From: Leptolyngbyaceae cyanobacterium
GTDB taxonomy: Bacteria > Cyanobacteriota > Cyanobacteriia > Phormidesmidales > Phormidesmidaceae
Direction: 5' to 3'
Assembly (NCBI GenBank): GCA_965263355.1
Contig: CBDHHL010000032.1
Span: 2,272,001 to 2,336,000 of the forward strand
Length of the DNA stretch: 64,000 bases
The notes beneath the pieces are model-generated. The model saw nothing but the letters and a program-made list of their open reading frames with translations, was not told the origin of the DNA and did not search any database. Both the position numbers and the translations under genes were made by a program. Positions 29,488 to 37,321 of this stretch are shown here, in pieces; the first letter of the stretch is position 1; every line of letters starts with the position of its first letter.

Positions 29488-30618
29488 TTAGCTCGCGGAA
29501 AGTACAAATTTATAGACCTCAATTGTCTTTTGAGTAATATAGTCCCAGGTCCATAATTGAGCCGTTTCAAAATTATGTTGACCCATTTTGGGTAAGTGCT
29601 CTCGTTGTGCGATCGCAGATTTAATAGCATTAACCAAACCATCCTGAGTTGCAGGATCATATAAAAAAGCCCCTGCTGGATCCAAAATATCCTTAAAAAA
29701 GCCTGTGTTAGGAGCAATACAGGCTTTTTTGAATGACATAGCCAGGACGGCCACACCGGATGCTGTAAATAGCGTATAGGGTAAAACCACTACATCGCTG
29801 GCATTCATATAAACCTGAATCTTCTCCTCAGGAATAGGGGCGGGAGGATCAACTAGTGAAACATTGGGGCAATTGGCTGCTTTTTCAAGAATTGTCTCAC
29901 GCATATCATCAGGCAGTTGACCCGTGATAATCAATTGGGTCATCCCATGGTCTACACCCTTAAATGCTTCAATGGCTTCTACTACGCCTTTACTACGATG
30001 AATACTGCCAAAATGTAAAAAAACAATAGATTCAGGCTCAATTCCTAATTGCTGTCTAGCAACGTCACGTTCAATTTGGTTTGGATAGGTTTCGATGTAA
30101 TTGTGATGGGGGATCGTAAAAATTTTCTTTGTATAGTTCTGGCCCAAAGCTGCCGTTTTTATGATTGTGTTTTTGGATGAGTCACAGTGGGTGATCATGG
30201 CCCCTAAAATCGCGCCTAAAATTTTAGTTTGAAGGGGAGATGGGGTGTAGTTGCCACTAGCCGTTGTCTTATCAATCCATTCGTGAACTGTCCAGATGAT
30301 TTTCACACCAACTAAACGTAAAAGTAAGACCTGACAAGTAAATATTGAAAATCTAAACCATCCATGAATGACGTTGGACGCTAAAAAGTGCTGCACAAAT
30401 TGAATATGCAGAATGGTAATATCCTTAAATAGAAAATTGTGGAAAAAGATCAAGGAAGGTGCATGGATGCTAGCCTTCAGACCCTTGGCATTTAAGTTTG
30501 CAATCAGGCAATCTTGATAGGGATTAAATTCCCAAGACGTTGACAGGAAAATTACTCGTATTGCCTGATTAAGGTTAGTACTTTGAGCAAAAAAATACTT
30601 TAAACATGAGAAAAGCAC
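29488..30618 (-). CDS. Glycosyltransferase family 4
   Basis: NPYQ, WTVHE, FGSIHRSKG, ASDVVVLPY, SGVAVLAMSF. Confidence 0.85.
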   Translation of the reverse strand: MLFSCLKYFFAQSTNLNQAIRVIFLSTSWEFNPYQDCLIANLNAKGLKASIHAPSLIFFHNFLFKDITILHIQFVQHFLASNVIHGWFRFSIFTCQVLLLRLVGVKIIWTVHEWIDKTTASGNYTPSPLQTKILGAILGAMITHCDSSKNTIIKTAALGQNYTKKIFTIPHHNYIETYPNQIERDVARQQLGIEPESIVFLHFGSIHRSKGVVEAIEAFKGVDHGMTQLIITGQLPDDMRETILEKAANCPNVSLVDPPAPIPEEKIQVYMNASDVVVLPYTLFTASGVAVLAMSFKKACIAPNTGFFKDILDPAGAFLYDPATQDGLVNAIKSAIAQREHLPKMGQHNFETAQLWTWDYITQKTIEVYKFVLSAS

Positions 30619-30680
30619 AAATCAGAATCCTATTGCCTATTGTTAAATAAGTCTTTCTATAAAAATAAACTAATAAAAAG

Positions 30681-31391
30681 TTACCGCTTAAAAATTTCTT
30701 TTAAGCTAGTGTAGACGCTGCCAATTAAGTGTTTTGGAGGCACGTTTTCGTATTTCCATATAGTACTCTCAAAGTCACTCAAAACAGCAACATTAGGATA
30801 CATGCCGTAAGAAATGAGGTTGGTCAGATATGTTCTCCCCGTTAAACCATCGGCAGCCCATCTGATCGGATAGGCATTATTCAATAGTTTAGTTGCACCT
30901 TTGCGAGTGACTAGATACAAGCAAGCCCGATTGGCATATTCTTGATGCCTCGAAAATCTATAACCATCAAAGACAAATGGCCCAAACGGCTGTTGTCTGA
31001 CATCAGTTAGAAAATTTATAAATTCATAATCCTTGGGGAATTTCGATTTTCTTTCCAAAATCTTAAATAGCAATGGGTTAATTTCAACATCATCTTCTAA
31101 CACTAGAACTTCTTCGATACCCTCTTTAACAATTCTTTCCCAAATTCTGGCATGGGAAAGGGCACACCCTATTTCACCAAATCCTAGCCTTCTTCCACAG
31201 GAGTATATGGCAGCTTGTTGGGAATAGTGACTTAAATCTTGTTTACTTAGGGTCTTACCATCAACACCTGCGATGATTTCATAGGTGACATTGAGGACAT
31301 TTAACTGTTCTTGCATAAATGCGCGTCTTTCATGATCACGTTGCAGATTCAACACCCACACCGGGATTTGGTTTATGGCTTGTATCATCAT
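30681..31391 (-). CDS. Glycosyltransferase family 25 (Lex2/LgtB-like)
   Basis: VLNLQRDHERR, GVDG, GEIGCALSH, VLEDD. Confidence 0.9.
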   Translation of the reverse strand: MMIQAINQIPVWVLNLQRDHERRAFMQEQLNVLNVTYEIIAGVDGKTLSKQDLSHYSQQAAIYSCGRRLGFGEIGCALSHARIWERIVKEGIEEVLVLEDDVEINPLLFKILERKSKFPKDYEFINFLTDVRQQPFGPFVFDGYRFSRHQEYANRACLYLVTRKGATKLLNNAYPIRWAADGLTGRTYLTNLISYGMYPNVAVLSDFESTIWKYENVPPKHLIGSVYTSLKEIFKR

Positions 31392-31404
31392 TTATCACCT
31401 GTGC

Positions 31405-32178
31405 CTAACGTAACGTAGTTGGATGGAATCCCAAGCTAAAACCCGTGAATTTACGGGAGGAACATGGGTTTTCAAACCTATCTATATAGTCGGTATACCC
31501 AAACGTATCAATATCTTTTTGATATCGCTCAGCCACCCAGGCCCAGGTTTGATAGTCATAATAGTCCAGGTAAGAGACTGGAGGCTTTTTTTTTCTAAGA
31601 CTCAGTAACCGCTTAAACCGCATCACTAACGACCTGGTCTCTGGCAATCTTTTACCTGAAGACTGGTTGACGTGGGATAAGTCTGGTAGTTGCCTATTGA
31701 TACGGTTACGTATTAGCTCGAAATCATGTTCTAATCGCTCAAAACGCCCAATAAAGTCAACCAGACAGGTTTTGTCGGCATCAAACAGATACTCATACTG
31801 TGGCATAACGTGACGCCAAACATCTGTCCAGCCTGGTTTTGGAAATGCTTTCTTCAGCCAGTATTTAAATGTATATTTGTTGTAATGCCCTCGCCAATTG
31901 TATTCAGAAACTAATCGTTCCCATGGATTCCGTACAAAGGAAAATTTGAAATACTTTGTAAATTCCTGGGGACTAATGTACCCATATGAAAGATATTCTT
32001 TTGCTGTGAGGTGGGCGAGTATGGGCGGCCCTTTAGCAGGGTCATGGTTAGGTCTTAGGAGCAGGGTATGTCGATACTCCCAAGGTATGTTAAGGAACTG
32101 GAGAAAACATTGTTCAATGCTCTGTCCGGCAGTTTTTGGAATGTGAATAAAAAGACTATTTAAGGGGTATATTAACAT
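31405..32178 (-). CDS. Sulfotransferase family 2 (HNK-1/chondroitin-ST-like)
   Basis: FIHIPKTAGQSI, FSFVRNPWERLVSEY, HVMPQ, FIGRFERL, DIDTFGY. Confidence 0.87.
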   Translation of the reverse strand: MLIYPLNSLFIHIPKTAGQSIEQCFLQFLNIPWEYRHTLLLRPNHDPAKGPPILAHLTAKEYLSYGYISPQEFTKYFKFSFVRNPWERLVSEYNWRGHYNKYTFKYWLKKAFPKPGWTDVWRHVMPQYEYLFDADKTCLVDFIGRFERLEHDFELIRNRINRQLPDLSHVNQSSGKRLPETRSLVMRFKRLLSLRKKKPPVSYLDYYDYQTWAWVAERYQKDIDTFGYTDYIDRFENPCSSRKFTGFSLGFHPTTLR

Positions 32179-32184
32179 TAACTG

Positions 32185-33519
32185 TTAGTGCATATAGTTA
32201 CGGTTCAGCGTGCTACAGCGAGCAACGCATTCTGTGGCAAACGGTACCAAGTGGGTAAGGTTTAACTCACGTAAACTCTTTAAGATGTGTTCCCTGGCTA
32301 GGGCTGATTGAGTAACGGTTTGGGGAATTATCCACTGAAGCCATTGTTTGATATCGGTATCACGGGCTGCCAAATATTGAATACGATTCCACCGATTGCC
32401 CATTTTTGACTGTATTGAATGCAGATAAGACACTAAGGCATCTTCATTAAAGATAGGAAGTCCCTGGCACCTATTCAAATTACCGTTGGGGTGAATACTA
32501 CAAAGTATACCTTGACTAACGTCAATGTATGAAACTTTGTTAGTGCGAGCAGTCAAAAGATTTTTAGCAAGGCGAAAGCCGGGTCTGCGCACCAGAACAT
32601 GGACTTGACCAACGGATCGACCTAATAGTTGTAGCCCATACAGGGCAGACCCTTCCGAGAAAATTAGTTGGTCAGCGGCGGCGTATGTGGCTATTTGCTC
32701 ATTGAGCGGTAAGGTTTCGGGGCGCATGACTTGAATGCCGACAGATTGCATTAATCTTTCAAGATAAGCTTCCCCGGCAAAATGAATTTTGACACCAGCT
32801 CTAGAGACGAAAATAATCCCCTGGCAAGGACATTTAGGTAACTTTCTATCGACGTGCTCGTCTACGAGGTCAAGATACTTTGATGATGGGCCATACTGTT
32901 CCAAATTAAGCTCTTTTGAGGGTGGACCATACTTAATGAGTTGCTCGGCCTGGGGAGCCACCAATAGATCACGTACTGATGTGGGTTGGGTGATCATTTT
33001 GACCCTGTCAGGTTGGAGGTTATACCAACTTAAGAGCGAGCGAAATAAGACTGGTGTTTGTGCCAGGGTTGTATATTGCTTACTTGCTTTAGACGAAAAT
33101 AGAAATTTTATCTTGGGGTAAGCGTTTCGAGTTTGCAGAATACGTGTGCTAAAGTCTGCGATTTGATGGCCAAAATGATTGACAATCGCTCCACACCAAG
33201 CGCTTGGTTCTGTTATGGAGTCAGTGTTGTTGTCGTGTAGCATTGTTGGTAAGTCGTCAATGGGGTGCCCGTTACGACAATGCCGCGCCTCCAATTGATG
33301 ATCCCAATTTGGCCAAAGGGGACCTCCTTGATGGGCAGAAAAGCCCAAAGGTCTTTCCAATAGATGTTGATAGGGAGTAATTAAAATGTTTTCAAAAGCA
33401 AGAATTTTCCCTAACGATGCTTTGTTGGTCCGCAACGCCAACGACGTTATCGATGTCGATATAGTGTTGGAATAAAGGTTGCGAGCTGCCCTCTGAAGAT
33501 TGAAAGATATACAAGGCAT
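32185..33519 (-). CDS. GT61/DUF563-like glycosyltransferase
   Basis: NHFGHQIAD, IFVSR, PETLPLNEQIATY, FSEGSALY. Confidence 0.7.
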   Translation of the reverse strand: MPCISFNLQRAARNLYSNTISTSITSLALRTNKASLGKILAFENILITPYQHLLERPLGFSAHQGGPLWPNWDHQLEARHCRNGHPIDDLPTMLHDNNTDSITEPSAWCGAIVNHFGHQIADFSTRILQTRNAYPKIKFLFSSKASKQYTTLAQTPVLFRSLLSWYNLQPDRVKMITQPTSVRDLLVAPQAEQLIKYGPPSKELNLEQYGPSSKYLDLVDEHVDRKLPKCPCQGIIFVSRAGVKIHFAGEAYLERLMQSVGIQVMRPETLPLNEQIATYAAADQLIFSEGSALYGLQLLGRSVGQVHVLVRRPGFRLAKNLLTARTNKVSYIDVSQGILCSIHPNGNLNRCQGLPIFNEDALVSYLHSIQSKMGNRWNRIQYLAARDTDIKQWLQWIIPQTVTQSALAREHILKSLRELNLTHLVPFATECVARCSTLNRNYMH

Positions 33520-33747
33520 CGAAAACCTGCTGACATATCAACTTAAGTACATGGTTTACATGGTGTTAAGAATACCCACTTTCCAGGGATAGCAACCGAT
33601 AGCGAACAATCTGTTATTGCTAGCGTGTAACCAACATATTTTATTGATATAGTTTTTGGTCTTTGGGAATACTAGGCAGGCCTTTCAATGGGCGCTACCA
33701 AGAGTATACATTCTCAAAATCTTGGATAATAGGGGCCTAATGTCCTA

Positions 33748-34911
33748 ATGATATTTTCTAAAGTTCCTTTAGCATGGTTACAACTCGCTAGAAATAAGAC
33801 ACGACTCTTAGTGGCTCTTATGGGGATTGCTTTCGCAGTAATCCTTATTTTCATGCAATTGGCATTCTTAAACTCGTTGTACGAAAGTCAAACAGCAGTA
33901 CATACTCGTCTTAAGGGTGACCTGGTAATGGTCAATGCCAATCTAAAAACCCTGGTTAATACGGTAGATTTTAACCGGATTAATCTTTATCGCAGCTTAA
34001 ATTTCCCAGAGGTCAAATCTGTTAACTATATTTACCATGGTCAAATCGCCCTAAAATATGGGAACAAGCGAGGGGCTAAAGGTATTGTTACGTTAGGTAT
34101 TAACCCGGAAAATTCTCCGTTTGATTTACCCACATTAGATCCTTTACTCAGTCAGCTTCTGACTTTAGATACCGTTATTTTTGATGCTAAATCTGATTTG
34201 AATGAGTACGGTGATATTGTTGGGGATTTTAATGCAGGAAAATCTGTCACCCTTGAGGCAGAGGTTCGACAAGTGCATGTGCGTGGAGTTGTCGATTTTG
34301 CAGGTGCCTCATTTGGCGATGATGGTAATTTGATAATGAGTACGGCTACTTTCCAACATGTAACTCCTTGGAGAAATGCAGATAAGATTACCATTGGTTT
34401 AATTACGTTAATGCCTGGCACTGATCCACAAGTAGCTATTAATAAGATAGACTCGCAGCTTCCGCCTAATATACGAGTGATGACGGTGCAAGATTTTATC
34501 AATCTTGAGAAAAAATACTGGTCTACCAGCGCACCTATTGGGTTTATCTTTGGAATAGGAACATTAGTTGGCTTTTTGGTAGGTGTTGTGATTGTTTATC
34601 AAGTGCTTTACAACGAAGTAAACGATCATCTTCCCGATTATGCCTTACTCAAAGCCAGAGGGTATAAGCAGCGTTACTTTTCTGGCATTCTTTTTCAGGA
34701 AGCATCGATCCTGGCTGTATTGGGTTATATTCCAGGTTTTGCAATTTCTTTGGGACTATACGATGTCACCCAAAGTTCTACGGCTTTACCTATTTATATG
34801 ACCCTATATCGAGGTGTTTTTGTCTTTCTATTGACACTGGCAATGTGCTTTACGTCTGGAGCAATTGCGATGAATAAGCTTCAGGAAGCTGATCCCGCCG
34901 ATCTTTTTTAA
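33748..34911 (+). CDS. devC: DevC-family ABC exporter permease
   Basis: PLAWLQL, GIAFAVILIFMQL, PIGFIF, GVVIVYQVLY, KLQEADPADLF. Confidence 0.88.
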   Translation: MIFSKVPLAWLQLARNKTRLLVALMGIAFAVILIFMQLAFLNSLYESQTAVHTRLKGDLVMVNANLKTLVNTVDFNRINLYRSLNFPEVKSVNYIYHGQIALKYGNKRGAKGIVTLGINPENSPFDLPTLDPLLSQLLTLDTVIFDAKSDLNEYGDIVGDFNAGKSVTLEAEVRQVHVRGVVDFAGASFGDDGNLIMSTATFQHVTPWRNADKITIGLITLMPGTDPQVAINKIDSQLPPNIRVMTVQDFINLEKKYWSTSAPIGFIFGIGTLVGFLVGVVIVYQVLYNEVNDHLPDYALLKARGYKQRYFSGILFQEASILAVLGYIPGFAISLGLYDVTQSSTALPIYMTLYRGVFVFLLTLAMCFTSGAIAMNKLQEADPADLF

Positions 34912-35003
34912 CCTGTTTATCCTACTCGGGCACCAATATAAAGCGGGACGATTTCCCCAGGGATTTAGAGTTCGGAATACTCTGCGAGAAAAGCAACGCT
35001 TTA

Positions 35004-35038
35004 CGGAGTTCGGAATTCGGAGTTCGGAGTTCGGAGTA
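35004..35038. repeat. Heptamer tandem repeat (STRR-like) CGGAGTT x5
   Basis: cggagtt-cggaatt-cggagtt-cggagtt-cggagta. Confidence 0.8.
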
Positions 35039-35302
35039 CTCTACTCTTTGAGAATGCCAGGGGCAAGCGAGAAGGGCAAAGCCCTACGGAACGACCTCTC
35101 TTTATGATTTCCTTACCGTTAGGTCGTCCAGAAGACTTATTCTGACTTCTGAATTCAGTCTTATCTGATCCCGCTGGTCCATGTGAACCGAAGACAGGAG
35201 CGTTTTGCTTGACAGATAGTCAGGCGTAGCAATGTGTTGAAGGATACTGTAAATCATGACGGATTGTAACGGATAATAAATCTGTGGGCTTTCAGCCTAC
35301 AG

Positions 35303-36187
35303 TTGCCATGTCATGCGAGCATTCCTATGATTTCTGAGGCGGTTAAGCCTACTGGTTCGAATTTGCGATCGCTCAAAAATCACCAGGTTGGTCCCTTTTC
35401 CTGGGTGCGGTTCACCTTCTTTACCTTCATTCATGCCGTGGCACTGCTGGCACCCTGGCATTTTTCCTGGCCAGCATTGAGCATTACGTTATTCCTCCAT
35501 TGGCTGACCGGCAGTTTAGGGATTTGTCTGGGGTTTCATCGTTTATTGACCCACCGTAGTTTGCGGGTACCCAAGGGGTGGGAGTACTTTTTTGCCGTCT
35601 GCGGTTGTCTGGCAATTCAGGGCAGCCCCATTTTCTGGGTGTCTGGTCACCGGCAACACCATCTACACACGGAGCATCGAGATAAGGATCCCTACTCAGC
35701 TCAACGGGGGTTTTGGTGGAGTCATATGCAGTGGGTACTCTACCGTCGACCTGAATTTTTTGAGTATGACTCCTATGCCAAGCTAGCCCCTGATTTAGCA
35801 AAGGATCCGGTGTATCGCTGGATGGATAAATATTTTTATGTGCTGCAGATTCCGGTTGCGTTGATTCTCTACGCTATCGGCGGCTGGGGTTTTCTTGTTT
35901 ACGGAGTATGTTTACGCCTGGTGTTGTTGTGGCATAGCACCTGGTTTATTAACTCTGCCTGCCACCTGTGGGGCAACCGCACCTATGACTGCGAGGACGA
36001 TGCCCGCAATCTATGGTGGGCTGCGATTTTAGCCTATGGTGAAGGGTGGCATAACAATCATCATGCACACCCAAACGCTGCTCCTGCAGGGCGCAAATGG
36101 TGGCAGATTGATATGACCTGGTGGGTGATTTTATTGTTGAGAAGACTGGGTTTGGCAACCCATGTGGTGATGCCTCCCATGTTGTAA
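35303..36187 (+). CDS. desC: Delta-9 acyl-lipid desaturase (DesC-like); likely start ATG 35327
   Basis: GICLGFHRLLTHRS, HRQHH, DPYSAQRGFWWSH, GEGWHNNHH. Confidence 0.8.
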   Translation: MPCHASIPMISEAVKPTGSNLRSLKNHQVGPFSWVRFTFFTFIHAVALLAPWHFSWPALSITLFLHWLTGSLGICLGFHRLLTHRSLRVPKGWEYFFAVCGCLAIQGSPIFWVSGHRQHHLHTEHRDKDPYSAQRGFWWSHMQWVLYRRPEFFEYDSYAKLAPDLAKDPVYRWMDKYFYVLQIPVALILYAIGGWGFLVYGVCLRLVLLWHSTWFINSACHLWGNRTYDCEDDARNLWWAAILAYGEGWHNNHHAHPNAAPAGRKWWQIDMTWWVILLLRRLGLATHVVMPPML

Positions 36188-36221
36188 TAGATAACAGTAA
36201 CAGAGTTATTTAGCAGCAACC

Positions 36222-37184
36222 CTAAAAACCGTCTCCCCAGGCAGCGGCAGCAGTTGACGCAACTTCATTTGTAACGGGTGCCGCTTCTCTCGCTTCGGCA
36301 AATTTGTTAGTAGAGACACAGTCTACGTTAGCTGGCAAGATAACATCACCCTTGTAAAAGCAAGCAAACTGCCCATCAACCAGGTTAGAAAGCCTGCTAA
36401 AGTCAGCATTGGCAACTTCTATTCTTTTCTCACCATCGGTAAATATCGCACCATGGAAACACCCTAAATAGGCAAATTTCTCGCCCCCCAAACAATAGAA
36501 TCGTGCCCCCACTAGATAGGTATGGCTAAAGTCTGTGGCCTCAGCAGTCACGGTAGCACTAAAGTCAACACCAGCTAAATTAGCTCCTGTAAGGATAGCG
36601 GCTGACAAATTGGCTCCATTAAAACTAGATTTAGCCAGGTTGGCTCCAGTAAAGTTACAGCCGCTTAAGTTAGCTGCCGTAAAGTTAGCACTTTCTAAAT
36701 TGCACCCCGTAAAATCAGTTCCGGTTAAATCCGCTTGCTTGAAGTTCGCTCGGCTCAGGTTTGCGCCCTTACCAACGGCGGTTGGCTGATGTTCCGTTAC
36801 CGGCTGCTTTATCGGTGTCACTATCTGAAACTTGTATCCCCGGCCTTTTACCAAAACAAAGCGGCTATTATGAATCACCGTTGGATGATGATCATCCAAG
36901 GCATCCCCATTCAAACCAGGATAATGGCCAATAAACGTGGATGAATCCACCTTAGCCCCTGAAACGATCATGCCGATGTGCTCACTATCGGGGGCAAATG
37001 ATGTATTCATGGGATCCCGATCTAGATGTCCCCCAACGATATGGTTTTGAGCCAATGAAGCCCCGGCGAGGCTAATATCATCAGTGCTTTCCATAAGGAT
37101 TAGTTTTTTAGGCCCATAGTTGGCCTGTGGCTGCGCATAGACAGCATTTACAGGATTGAGCTTAAGAGTTTCAGGGGGTTCCAT
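36222..37184 (-). CDS. Pentapeptide-repeat protein with uncharacterised N-terminal domain
   Basis: ANLSR ANFKQ ADLTG TDFTG CNLES ANFTA ANLSG repeats. Confidence 0.8.
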   Translation of the reverse strand: MEPPETLKLNPVNAVYAQPQANYGPKKLILMESTDDISLAGASLAQNHIVGGHLDRDPMNTSFAPDSEHIGMIVSGAKVDSSTFIGHYPGLNGDALDDHHPTVIHNSRFVLVKGRGYKFQIVTPIKQPVTEHQPTAVGKGANLSRANFKQADLTGTDFTGCNLESANFTAANLSGCNFTGANLAKSSFNGANLSAAILTGANLAGVDFSATVTAEATDFSHTYLVGARFYCLGGEKFAYLGCFHGAIFTDGEKRIEVANADFSRLSNLVDGQFACFYKGDVILPANVDCVSTNKFAEAREAAPVTNEVASTAAAAWGDGF

Positions 37185-37321
37185 CGGATTTGCCCAGTAG
37201 CTGCAACCACTTAGAGGTCAACACGCATGTCAGCCCCTTGAGTGAATTCGTATTCCCCGGATTTTAACTAGCAACTTTGCGTAGTAACACCTACTATTCA
37301 CAGAACTTATATTAGGGCAAT

